A DNA stretch of 64,000 nt from an uncultured Spirochaetota bacterium (GCA_963827275.1 CAWHAA010000009.1:96001-160000); one strand, 5' to 3'; counted from the first letter of the stretch, positions 39,484-48,652 are shown. The notes: a model not told the origin generated them from the sequence alone. A program made the numbers and translations.

Positions 39484-39714
39484 TGCGCGATCGCGCTGTG
39501 ATGTTGATTCAGAGTAATCTTTTCTGATAAAATTACATTTTAGAATATACAAAAATAAATATATATTATTAGAAAATAACTATTATTTTATTCTTAAAAA
39601 ATTCCACGGTATTCATGAAATTAATTGACTAATTATAACGAAAACAATAGTTATGTTTTAAATAAAGCCCATATAGGCGGAATATAAATATATAAATTTT
39701 TCAGGGGATGAACA

Positions 39715-39786
39715 ATGAAACAGACCTTGTTTGTTGTGGGCATGGTAATCACGGCAATCGCGTTAATTGCTTTAATGCCGTTTTAA
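39715..39786 (+). CDS. 23-aa hydrophobic micro-peptide 2 (MKQTLFVVGMVITAIALIALMPF)
   Basis: AGGGGA RBS; paralog of 37562-37633; followed by a terminator. Confidence 0.8.
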   Translation: MKQTLFVVGMVITAIALIALMPF

Positions 39787-39825
39787 GTTTTTCAAGCTGA
39801 TTTTACTTAACATGCGATTGTTGTT

Positions 39826-39861
39826 AAAAGGGATAGGTATTTTGATACTATCCCTTTTTTT
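39826..39861 (+). terminator. Terminator after micro-peptide 2 (possibly bidirectional)
   Basis: AAAAGGGATAGGTAT-TTTG-ATACTATCCC-T7. Confidence 0.8.
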
Positions 39862-39901
39862 GTTTATGGCCCTGTCTTTTGTTTATGCGCAATATACGCA
39901 A

Positions 39902-39996
39902 GGGGTCAGAGCAACTTTGACGGGGTCAGAGCAACTTTGACGGGGTCAGAGCAACTTTGACGGGGTCAGAGCAACTTTGACGGGGTCAGAGTAACT
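39902..39996. repeat. 20-bp tandem repeat GGGGTCAGAGCAACTTTGAC x4 plus a partial fifth copy
   Basis: Read directly; exact copies start at 39902, 39922, 39942 and 39962; degenerate copy at 39982. Confidence 0.95.
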
Positions 39997-40462
39997 GCTC
40001 TTCAATACCGGCGTAGCCGATAACCCACTACCAGCTCTTAGCAGTATAATCACTTAAACAAAATAAAATACCCACTTATATATTTGAAACATAGAATTCT
40101 GGATTACCCGCCTGCATTGTTGCCCTGGTATAACTATTCCCGTTTTATTTTGACTTTTTCTAAATCAATGAGCTATTATAAAATAAGAATATTCATTCAG
40201 TTACGCGTAATCCATGCACAACACGTAGGATACTATCATGAAAAAAAAATCATACTATGGCTATCGTTTCTTTGTGTATTCGTCATGGATCTGTCATCTG
40301 GCCTTTATTGAGTGCAGGGGGATAGTTTATAAACAGGGATGGGGGGATCGCAGGTAATGATGCGGTCCGGGTGCCATAAAAAGCATAAAATCCAGATAAA
40401 GAATTGATTTATTATCACCCCGGGCCTACAGTGTGATCATTCAATACAACTGCGGGGCATGT

Positions 40463-41698
40463 ATGAAACAGGTCAGGGGCGTTGAGCTTATTGTCGGTAT
40501 CCCGTCTTACATGGAGGCGGACACGATCGGATTCGTGACCCGCCAGGTGGACCTCGGGATCCAGCGGTATTTCGGCTCCATGGTTTCGGTCATCATCAAC
40601 CTGGACAACAAGAGCGAGGACGATACCCGGGGCGCGTTCCTCGGCGTTGAGACCGCCACGCCGAAGCTCTATTTCTCCACGCCGGAGGGCGTGAGGGGGA
40701 AGGGGAACAACCTGATGAACCTGTTCAGGTATGTCAGGGCGCACATGGGCACCGTGAAGGCGGTCGTGGTGCTTGACGCGGACCTCCGGTCAATCACGCC
40801 GGAGTGGATCAGGCACTTTCTGGAGCCGATCCTGAAGGGGTACGATTACGCGCTGCCGCGGTACAGCCGCCACCAGTTCGACGGCACCATCACCAACCAC
40901 ATCTGCTATCCGCTCCTGTACGGGCTCATGGGGGAGAACGTGCGGCAGCCGATCGGGGGCGATTTTTCATTTTCCCCGCGCCTGGCGGCCCACTGGCTCG
41001 AGCAGCGATGGCTGCCGACCACCCGGCTCTACGGCATCGACATCTTCATGACGCTGAACGCGATCATCGGCGGGTTCAAGATCTGCGAGGTGGGCCTGGG
41101 GGCCAAGGTCCACAAGGCGAGCGCCCCGAAGCTGGGGCCCATGTTCACGCAGGTGGTCACCACCTTCTTCGACCAGATCCTCTCGAAAAAGAGCGAGTGG
41201 ATCGGCATACCGGGAGAGCAGCTGAAGCCGAAGCCGCTCTTCGGCATCAGGAAGCTCGACCCGCCGCAGGAGCTCTCCATCGACATACGCGATTTAAAGG
41301 ACAAGCTGCGGCAGGAGTTCGTCACCCGCGAGAAGCTGCTGAAGAAATATTTAAGCCCCTACCTGTACCTGAACATCAGGCACATGATAGACCGGGACCA
41401 CTACGACATGGACACCCTGATGTGGACGCAGTCGGTGTACCAGACCCTGTTCACCTACGACATCGGCACCCCGAAGATGAAGAGGGACATCATCGAGGCG
41501 CTCAAGCCGCTCTACTTCGCCCGCTCGGTCACCTTCGACTACGAGACGTGGAAATACCGCATCGATTACGCGGAGGAGCTGATCCTCCACCAGGCCATGG
41601 CCTTCGCGTCGCAGAAGCCCTATTTCTACGGCCTCTACCTGAAGATGGCGCAGGACAATGACATGAAGAAAAAATCAAGATCCCGGAGATCAACGTAG
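40463..41698 (+). CDS. Family 2 glycosyltransferase, glucosyl/mannosylglycerate synthase-like
   Basis: VGIPSY, GKGNN, LDADL, YSRHQFDGTITN, RQPIGGDF, YGIDIFMT, KVH. Confidence 0.8.
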   Translation: MKQVRGVELIVGIPSYMEADTIGFVTRQVDLGIQRYFGSMVSVIINLDNKSEDDTRGAFLGVETATPKLYFSTPEGVRGKGNNLMNLFRYVRAHMGTVKAVVVLDADLRSITPEWIRHFLEPILKGYDYALPRYSRHQFDGTITNHICYPLLYGLMGENVRQPIGGDFSFSPRLAAHWLEQRWLPTTRLYGIDIFMTLNAIIGGFKICEVGLGAKVHKASAPKLGPMFTQVVTTFFDQILSKKSEWIGIPGEQLKPKPLFGIRKLDPPQELSIDIRDLKDKLRQEFVTREKLLKKYLSPYLYLNIRHMIDRDHYDMDTLMWTQSVYQTLFTYDIGTPKMKRDIIEALKPLYFARSVTFDYETWKYRIDYAEELILHQAMAFASQKPYFYGLYLKMAQDNDMKKKSRSRRST

Positions 41699-41705
41699 GA
41701 CCGGC

Positions 41706-43154
41706 ATGAAGGTGCTGCTGACAGGGGCGACCGGGTATATCGGCCGGCGCCTGAAGGTGAGGCTGCTCGAGGACGGGGACGTTGACCTCAGGCTCTTCGT
41801 GCGCAACGCGAGGAAGGTACGCGATGCGTCGCGGTCGCGGGCCGATATCGTCGAGGGCTCGTCCTTCGACAGGGACTCGCTCCGGAGGGCGCTGGACGGG
41901 ATCGAGGTGGCGTATTACCTGATCCATTCCATGGGCGCGCGGGGCGATTTCCGCGCGCTCGACCGGGTGAGCGCGGAGAACTTCAGGGAGGCGTGCATCG
42001 GGGCCGGCGTAAAGAGGGTCATCTACCTCGGCGGCCTGGGGCGGAAGGAGTGCGCGAGCAGGCACCTGCTGAGCCGCATCGAGACCGGGGAGGTCCTCTC
42101 CGCCCGCCCCGACAGGATACAGACCATCTGGCTCCGCGCCGGCATCATCATCGGGTCGGGGAGCGCGAGCTTCGAGATACTCTGGAACTACGTGGAAAAG
42201 ACCCCTTTGATGATTCTCCCCCGGTCGGTCGCGACCAGGACCCAGCCGATCGGCATCGATGACGTGCTCTCCTACCTGTCGCGCGCCCGGCATATCCGCG
42301 TCGATGGCGACCTGGTGGTGGATATCGGCGCGGACGTGATGAGCTATCAGGAGATCCTCATGCAGACGGCCCGCGTCATCGGTGTGAAGCGGCGCATCGT
42401 CACGATACCGCTCCGTCGGCTCCGGGCGACCTCCTACCTGATGGGGCTCGTCTTTCCGGTCCCCCGGCGCATCACCGCGTCGCTGCTCCAGGGCCTGAAC
42501 TGCGAGACGGTCATGGGCAATGATGCCGCGCGCCGGTATTTTCCGGAACTATCGCCCGTGCCCTTCGAAGAGGCGATGCGGCGCGCGGTCGCCGACATCG
42601 AGAAGAACCAGGTGCTGAGCCGGTGGAGCGACAGCAGCGGCGGCGAGGCCTGTGACGTGAAGGGGCGCGACGAGATCGCCCATGAGGTGCTGGTTGACAC
42701 GCGGTCGGTGGCGTGCCGCGGCGTGCCGCCTGCCGCGATCTTCCGCTCCATCATGTCGATCGGGGGCGAGAACGGCTGGTTCACCTACCATTTCCTCTGG
42801 GAGGTCCGCGGCTTTTTCGACAAGCTGGCAGGGGGATACGGCATCAACCGGGGCAGGAGGCACCCGGAAGAGCTCCGCGTCGGGGACAGCCTCGACTTCT
42901 GGAAGGTCGCCGACATACGGGAGGACCGGCGGCTCCTCCTCTTCGCGCAGATGAAGCTCCCCGGCAGGGCGTGGCTTGAGTTCGTCATCGAGGGCGGGGC
43001 GCTCCGCCAGACCGCCTACTTCCTGCCCCACGGCCTGTGGGGGTATATCTACTGGTACCTGATGAAGCCGGCCCACCTCCTGATTTTCCATGACATGGCG
43101 AAGAACATTATCAGGCGGGCCGCGGAAATCGACGCCCGGGGGACGGAAGGGTGA
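41706..43154 (+). CDS. SDR family NAD(P)-binding protein with C-terminal DUF2867 (YbjT-like)
   Basis: TGATGYIG, YYLIHSM, IIGSGSASFE, IGGENGW, GDSLDFWKV, MKLPGRAWLEF. Confidence 0.88.
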   Translation: MKVLLTGATGYIGRRLKVRLLEDGDVDLRLFVRNARKVRDASRSRADIVEGSSFDRDSLRRALDGIEVAYYLIHSMGARGDFRALDRVSAENFREACIGAGVKRVIYLGGLGRKECASRHLLSRIETGEVLSARPDRIQTIWLRAGIIIGSGSASFEILWNYVEKTPLMILPRSVATRTQPIGIDDVLSYLSRARHIRVDGDLVVDIGADVMSYQEILMQTARVIGVKRRIVTIPLRRLRATSYLMGLVFPVPRRITASLLQGLNCETVMGNDAARRYFPELSPVPFEEAMRRAVADIEKNQVLSRWSDSSGGEACDVKGRDEIAHEVLVDTRSVACRGVPPAAIFRSIMSIGGENGWFTYHFLWEVRGFFDKLAGGYGINRGRRHPEELRVGDSLDFWKVADIREDRRLLLFAQMKLPGRAWLEFVIEGGALRQTAYFLPHGLWGYIYWYLMKPAHLLIFHDMAKNIIRRAAEIDARGTEG

Positions 43155-43199
43155 ATTATTTCCTTGCCGAACGCGTCTTTCTGTAGTACCCTTACTACT

Positions 43200-43591
43200 G
43201 GAGAGGGCCAAGCGGCAGCGCTGGCCCGCCGCAAGGCGGGCGGTGAGGAAAGTCCGAACACCACAGGGCAGGGTGCCGGGTAACACCCGGGCGCCGCGAG
43301 GCGATGGAAAGTGCAACAGAAAGGATACCGCCCCTCGGCTTCGCTCGGGGCAGCGCCCGAAAGGGCGTCGCTCCGAGCGGAGTCGAGGAGCAAGGGTGAA
43401 ATGGTGAGGTAAGAGCTCACCGCGTCCGCGGTAACGCGGGCGGCAAGGTAAACCCCACCTGGTGCAAGGCCAAGTAAGCAGCCGCATCGAACTGCCCGTT
43501 CGTGGCTGCGGGTAGGCCGCAAGGATGCGCGCGGCGACGCGCGCACAAGATAGATTGCCGCATAAACAGAATTCGGCTTATGTCCCCCTCC
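43200..43591 (+). ncRNA. rnpB: RNase P RNA (bacterial type A)
   Basis: GAGGAAAGTCCG, GAAAGTGCAACAGA, GGGTGAAA..GGTAAGAGC, GGTAAACCCCAC and ACAGAATTCGGCTTA; compensatory P4 pairing (CCGAA/TTCGG); terminal P1 GGAGAGGGC/GTCCCCCTCC. Confidence 0.97.
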
Positions 43592-43755
43592 GTTTATCAC
43601 GGGCCCGGGGGTCCCGCGTCGTGCGGGGCGCCCCGGCCCGTGGTAAATTAATCCTTGATTTTTCTTTCGGCCCGCGTAGAGTACTGTTGCGGGCACGGAG
43701 TGCGGGCGGCGGGGCGCAACGGGAGGCGCCCCCAATTCATGCAGGGAGGTATGTC

Positions 43756-44052
43756 ATGAAACGATTGCTGACGGTTGCGGCTGCTGTTGTCCTCTTTCTT
43801 TCCGCGGGGGCGCTGTACAGCTCCCGGATGAGCGCGTACCAGGTCGTGGAAGTGTATATCTGCGAGGAGGAGCTGATCCTGGCGGAGATGATCGCGAAGT
43901 CGAGCCTGAACAGGCAGGAGCTGACCACGGTGAGCTACTGCACCTGCGAGGGGGTCGATTCGAGCATGAAGCCGCTGGTGAAAAAGACGGCGTGCGACCC
44001 GCCGAAAGACATGGTCTACGCCTGCACCTGCATCGGCAGATCGCGTTATTAA
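43756..44052 (+). CDS. Small secreted Cys-rich protein
   Basis: GGAGG RBS, signal peptide, six Cys including two CTC motifs. Confidence 0.7.
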   Translation: MKRLLTVAAAVVLFLSAGALYSSRMSAYQVVEVYICEEELILAEMIAKSSLNRQELTTVSYCTCEGVDSSMKPLVKKTACDPPKDMVYACTCIGRSRY

Positions 44053-44106
44053 ACCGCGCACCGGTCCCCCCGCGCGCGAACCTCACATTTCAGGAAGGCG
44101 ATACAC

Positions 44107-45066
44107 ATGGATCGTAACAGGAAAATACTCATATCCATACTGGCGCTGCTGGTCCTCTCTTCGGTCATCGCCATAGTCGAGATCAGCATGAACATGCAGC
44201 AGAAGCGCGGCACCGGGATCTCGCTTTCGGGCCCGTCGATCGGTCCCGGCGTCGGCATCGTGCGGGTCGAGGGGCCCATCGACATGAGCGGCTCGGCCTC
44301 GCCCATGCTCATGTCGCGCGGGGCGGAAGGCATCATCAGCCGCCTTGACGAGATGGAGAAGAACGGCGACATCCGGGCGGTGGTCGTGCGGATCAACTCG
44401 CCGGGCGGCACCGTGGGCGCCTCGCAGGAGATATACCAGAAGCTCTGGCGGCTCAGGAAGAAGAACATACCGCTCATCGCCTCCATGGGGGAGGTCGCCG
44501 CGTCGGGCGGGTACTACGTCGCCTCGGCCTGCGATTACATCGTGGCGAACCACGGCACCATTACCGGCTCCATCGGCGTGATCGCGATGTCCCCTAATTT
44601 AAAAAGGCTCTTCGAGAAGATCGGGATCGACATGCGGGTGATCAAGAGCGGCAGGTACAAGGACATGCTCTCGGCCTTCCGCGACATCAGCCCGGAGGAG
44701 CGCCAGCTCGTGCAGGAGATCATCGACTCGTCGTACCGCAAGTTCCTGAAAGACGTGGCCCTGGGAAGGAACATGAACGAATCCGACATCGCGCCGATCG
44801 CTGACGGCCGCGTGATGAGCGGCGAGACCGCCCTGAAGAACAAGCTGGTCGACATGCTGGGCACCTTCGAGGACGCGGTGGACAAGGCGCGGAAGCTGGG
44901 CAAGCTCCCCGAGGACGCGCCGGTATACGACGAGGCCAGGATGCCGCTCGAACAGCTCCTGATGCGCATGGAGATGATATTCGGCGGCCGCGCCCTGATG
45001 GAACGCGAGCTTCGCCTCCAGCACTTCGAGAACAACTACATGCTTGAATACAGGTACCTGCCATGA
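44107..45066 (+). CDS. sppA: Signal peptide peptidase SppA (36K type)
   Basis: RINSPGG, AASGGYY, TGSIGV, KSGRYKD. Confidence 0.95.
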   Translation: MDRNRKILISILALLVLSSVIAIVEISMNMQQKRGTGISLSGPSIGPGVGIVRVEGPIDMSGSASPMLMSRGAEGIISRLDEMEKNGDIRAVVVRINSPGGTVGASQEIYQKLWRLRKKNIPLIASMGEVAASGGYYVASACDYIVANHGTITGSIGVIAMSPNLKRLFEKIGIDMRVIKSGRYKDMLSAFRDISPEERQLVQEIIDSSYRKFLKDVALGRNMNESDIAPIADGRVMSGETALKNKLVDMLGTFEDAVDKARKLGKLPEDAPVYDEARMPLEQLLMRMEMIFGGRALMERELRLQHFENNYMLEYRYLP

Positions 45067-45668
45067 TACTGACCGAGATCAAGTCCCTCAGGTGGGCCGA
45101 CCTGTTCCTTTCCGCGCTGCTCGACCCGCGCGCGCTCTACCGGCAGATTGACCGCGGGGAGCCCCGCGCGCTCCTGCTGAGCTTCGCGCTCCCGGCCGCG
45201 GTGGCGGTGATCGACATCATCACCCTGTCCCTGCTGGGCAGGCAGACGCCGTTTTTCTATTACAAGGTCACCTACGGCTGGATCCTGCTCTTCCTGTGGC
45301 AGGCGCTCGCGGTCGTGCTGGCGGCCGCGCTCATGGACACGGCCTCGCAGTTCTTCGGGCACGGCGGCGCCGTCCGCCGCCTCATTATACTGGTAAACTT
45401 TTCGCTCTTCCCGAAGGTGTTCATTCTGCCGCTGGTCTATATCTTCCACGTGTTCAATTTCGCCCCGATATTCTTCTACTTCTTCTTCTCGATGGGGCTC
45501 TTCATCTGGTCCGCGATGGTCGCGGTCCAGGGTGTCTCGGAGATGCATGCCGTCAGCCTGGGCAGGGCGGCGGTGATCTATCTCTTTCCCGCGATACTGC
45601 TCTGGACCTCGGTCTTCTTCATGTTCATCCTGCTGGTGATCTGCGGGGTCGGGTTTGTCGCGGGGTAG
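45063..45668 (+). CDS. Yip1-like multi-pass membrane protein
   Basis: About five TM helices; ATGA overlap with sppA. Confidence 0.65.
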   Translation: MILTEIKSLRWADLFLSALLDPRALYRQIDRGEPRALLLSFALPAAVAVIDIITLSLLGRQTPFFYYKVTYGWILLFLWQALAVVLAAALMDTASQFFGHGGAVRRLIILVNFSLFPKVFILPLVYIFHVFNFAPIFFYFFFSMGLFIWSAMVAVQGVSEMHAVSLGRAAVIYLFPAILLWTSVFFMFILLVICGVGFVAG

Positions 45669-45670
45669 GT

Positions 45671-46483
45671 CTACCGGCCGGGAAGCGCTTTTTTAAACAG
45701 GAGAAGCGACAGGAAATAGAGGAGCGTGCCGGCCGTCACCATGGTGGCGCCTGCCGGCGTATCGAGCAGGTACGAGAGGAAGAGCCCGCCGATCATCACC
45801 GCGGCGGTGAAGAGTATCCCCGCGGCGATGACCTTCCGGTAGTCACGCGAGACGAGCAGGCCGAAGCTCGCCGGGAGCACCACGAGCGCCGACACCAGTA
45901 TTATCCCCACGATCTTTATGCTGATGACTATGATCCCGGCGAGGAACACCAGGAGGACCGTGTCCAGGAGCCCGGTGCGCACGCCGCTGACCGAGGCCAC
46001 CTCCTCGTCCATTGTCATGAAGAGGATCCGGTGGACGAATATGAAGATGAAGGGGGCGAAGGCCGCCAGCGCCGCGAGGGCGATGAGCGCGTCGGTCCGC
46101 GTCACCGCCAGGATGTTGCCGAAGAGGTAGCTCATCAGGTCGAAGGTGTACCCTTTCTTCAGCGAGAGGAAGATGGCGCCCAGTGCCATGGAGAACGAGA
46201 AGAAGATGCCGATACCCGTGTCGTACGATATCCTGCCGTGGCGCGCCATCGTGCCGAGGAGCACGGCCGCCGCGGTGCAGAACACGAGCGAGGTGAGGAA
46301 CGGGTCGAGCCCGACCAGCACGCCGAGGGCCACGCCGCCGAACGCGGTGTGGGCGACCCCCGCGCCCAGGAAGGACATCTTGCGCATCACCACGAAGAAC
46401 GAGAGCATGCCGAAGAGCGCCGCCAGGATGCAGCTCATGACAAACGCGTTCATGAAAAAATCGAGGCGGAAGAGCTCCATCAT
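45671..46483 (-). CDS. znuB: Zn/Mn ABC transporter permease
   Basis: GVAHTAFGG, YLFGNIL, KIVGIILVSALVVLPA. Confidence 0.85.
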   Translation of the reverse strand: MMELFRLDFFMNAFVMSCILAALFGMLSFFVVMRKMSFLGAGVAHTAFGGVALGVLVGLDPFLTSLVFCTAAAVLLGTMARHGRISYDTGIGIFFSFSMALGAIFLSLKKGYTFDLMSYLFGNILAVTRTDALIALAALAAFAPFIFIFVHRILFMTMDEEVASVSGVRTGLLDTVLLVFLAGIIVISIKIVGIILVSALVVLPASFGLLVSRDYRKVIAAGILFTAAVMIGGLFLSYLLDTPAGATMVTAGTLLYFLSLLLFKKALPGR

Positions 46484-47256
46484 GACCGGTCCCCGTCCCC
46501 GCCGCAGCCGCTGCCGTGGTTGTGGTTGATGTAGTACATGTTCTTGCCGAACACGTCGGCAAGCGCCTTGTTGGCAAAGCAGTCGGCGGGTGTCCCGTGG
46601 AAGTGGAGCCGCGTCTTCAGGCAGGCCAGCCGGTCGACGATGCTGGAGACCGCGCCGATGTCATGCGAAACCATGACGATCGACAGGCCCATCGAGTCGC
46701 GGAGCGAGAGGAGCATCTGGTAGAAGTTGTCCTGGGCCAGGGTGTCGAGGCCGGTCGACGGCTCGTCGAGGAGGAGGATCCGCGGCCGGACCGCGATGGC
46801 CCGGGCGATCAGGGCCCGCTGCTTCTGGCCCCCGGACAGGCTCCCGAAGTGGCGGTCCCGGAGCCCGGCGATCTCGACCGCCTCGAGCGCGCTGTCGATG
46901 AGGGCGCGGTCGTCGGCGTTCAGGCGCTCGAACATGCCCTTGCCGGCGTAGCGCGCCATGGCCACGACGTCGAAGACGCTGACGGGCATGGCGATATCGA
47001 CCGCGCTCTTCTGCGGAAGATACCCGATGGAGCCGCGCGGCGCGTTCCGCGGCGCGTTTCCCAGCACCGTCACCGAGCCGCGGTAGGGCTCCTTGAAGCC
47101 CATGATGGTGCGGAGGAGGGTGCTCTTGCCGCTCCCGTTGGGCCCCACGATCGACAGGATCTCCCCGGGGCCGACGGCGAGGCTCACGTCCTCGAGTATC
47201 ACGGACCCGTTGTACCGGACCCATACGTTCTGCAGCGCTATGACCGCGTTGTCCAC
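46480..47256 (-). CDS. znuC: Zn/Mn ABC transporter ATPase
   Basis: GPNGSGKST, LSGGQKQR, LLDEP, VSHD; His/Cys tail. Confidence 0.88.
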   Translation of the reverse strand: MDNAVIALQNVWVRYNGSVILEDVSLAVGPGEILSIVGPNGSGKSTLLRTIMGFKEPYRGSVTVLGNAPRNAPRGSIGYLPQKSAVDIAMPVSVFDVVAMARYAGKGMFERLNADDRALIDSALEAVEIAGLRDRHFGSLSGGQKQRALIARAIAVRPRILLLDEPSTGLDTLAQDNFYQMLLSLRDSMGLSIVMVSHDIGAVSSIVDRLACLKTRLHFHGTPADCFANKALADVFGKNMYYINHNHGSGCGGDGDRS

Positions 47257-47270
47257 GGCGACTCCTTGTG

Positions 47271-48131
47271 TTAACGCAACGCGTCCGCCAGGGCTTTCGC
47301 GTTGTAGTGCATGAGCTTCAGGTAATCCGACCGGTCGGCGGAGGCGGGATCGCCGATGGCGTCAAGCCCGGTCACCCTGCCGCGTATCTCGCCCGCGAGG
47401 ACCTGCGCGGCCCTGTTCTCGGCGTTCAGGCTCACGGCCACGACCGTGACCCCGTCGCGGCGGGCGCGGGCCACGATTTCGCTGACCGAGCGGACCGACG
47501 AGCGGTCGCTCCCCTCGCGCTGGACCGTGCCGGCTATCGTGAGCCCGTAGTCGGCGGCGAAGTAGTCCCACGCCTCGTGCCACTGGATGAACGACCGCTT
47601 CGTAGTGCCCATGAAAAGTCGGGCGATGGTTTTGTCAAGCCGATTCAATTTTTCCAGGTACGCGGACAGGTTCCCGCGGTAGCTGGCGCACTGCCCGGGA
47701 TCGTTGTCGCACAGCAGGCGCGCGACGGACGCGGCGATTGTTTTCGCCTCCCTGACGCTGAGCCACACGTGCGGGTTCCGTGCCGGCGCGCCGGGCCGCG
47801 GCGCGTCCATGAGGTAGCCGCGTGCGCAGGCCGGCGCGAGGTACCGCTCGACCCAGCCGTCCAGCTCCGGCGTGATGCCGATGAAGAGGTCCGCGGCGGC
47901 GAGCTCGCGCGCGAGCGACGGCCGGGGCTCGAAGGTATGGGGGTCCGCGCCGGCGGGGACCGCGAAGAAGATATCGGCCCTGTCGCCGCAGATGTTTCTC
48001 GCAATGTCATAGACGGGGAAAATGGATACCGCGACCCGCAGCCTGCCGGGCGCCGCCGCGTCCTTCTTCCCGCATCCGGCCAGCGCGAGCATCGGCAGGA
48101 TGATGATTGCGCAAAGTATTGTTTTTTTCAT
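47271..48131 (-). CDS. znuA: Metal ABC transporter substrate-binding lipoprotein
   Basis: LAGC lipobox; DPHTFEP, NPHVWLS, HEAWDYF. Confidence 0.85.
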   Translation of the reverse strand: MKKTILCAIIILPMLALAGCGKKDAAAPGRLRVAVSIFPVYDIARNICGDRADIFFAVPAGADPHTFEPRPSLARELAAADLFIGITPELDGWVERYLAPACARGYLMDAPRPGAPARNPHVWLSVREAKTIAASVARLLCDNDPGQCASYRGNLSAYLEKLNRLDKTIARLFMGTTKRSFIQWHEAWDYFAADYGLTIAGTVQREGSDRSSVRSVSEIVARARRDGVTVVAVSLNAENRAAQVLAGEIRGRVTGLDAIGDPASADRSDYLKLMHYNAKALADALR

Positions 48132-48181
48132 GTCAACTACACTCTATCCCCCGGAAACTATACGCATGGCCAGATCACCGA

Positions 48182-48319
48182 CCCCCTGTCCCCCGGAGGG
48201 GGCAATTAAGAGAACTGTTGAATTACATCACAAACAGAACTCGTACCCCCGTCTCTCCCACAGGGGGGCTTATTCACCAGGTAGCGCTTAAAGTCCCCCC
48301 TCCGGGGGACTTAGGGGGG
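48182..48319. repeat. Inverted pair of REP-like elements CCCCCT(AA)GTCCCCCGGAGGGGG
   Basis: Copy at 48182-48204 and inverted copy at ~48295-48319; a third copy at 62781-62803. Confidence 0.75.
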
Positions 48320-48355
48320 ATTTTAGGGGACGGCCTCGCATGAGGGAGACTGCTG

Positions 48356-48652
48356 TTATTTTTTCTTGAATAGCGATTTTGCTTTGTCGAACGCCTGGGA
48401 AAGGTCATTGACGGCCTGCTCGACGCCCTTTTTCATCTCTTTCCAGCCTTCACTGCTGGCCGACTTCACTTCTTTGAGCTTTTGCTCGGCCTCGGCTTTC
48501 TTTGTCTTGAGGTCGGCCGCCATCCTGGTGTAGTCTTCTTTCATGACCGACGTGGTTTCGCTGCCCTGCTTTTTCAGCTCTTCGATTTTCTTGTCCAGCT
48601 CCAGTATTTTATCTGACAGCTTTTGCATGTAGGATTTCTGGTCATTGTCCAT
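48356..48652 (-). CDS. Small coiled-coil protein (stress/CsbD-like)
   Basis: Lys/Glu-rich helix with WKEMKKGVEQA; GGAGG RBS before the ATG at 48652. Confidence 0.7.
   Translation of the reverse strand: MDNDQKSYMQKLSDKILELDKKIEELKKQGSETTSVMKEDYTRMAADLKTKKAEAEQKLKEVKSASSEGWKEMKKGVEQAVNDLSQAFDKAKSLFKKK

Noticed and set aside
39902..39996. CRISPR array
   Set aside because: Units abut with no spacers, are only 20 bp, and no cas genes are in the window.
40084..40311. 75-aa ORF / signal-peptide-like fragment KKIILWLSFLCVFV
   Set aside because: AT-rich, the nearest ATG is out of frame across an A-run, and there is no mature domain; at most a remnant.
43049..43735. 228-aa minus-strand ORF and overlapping plus-strand ORFs
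   Set aside because: They overlap the RNase P RNA and are spurious translations.
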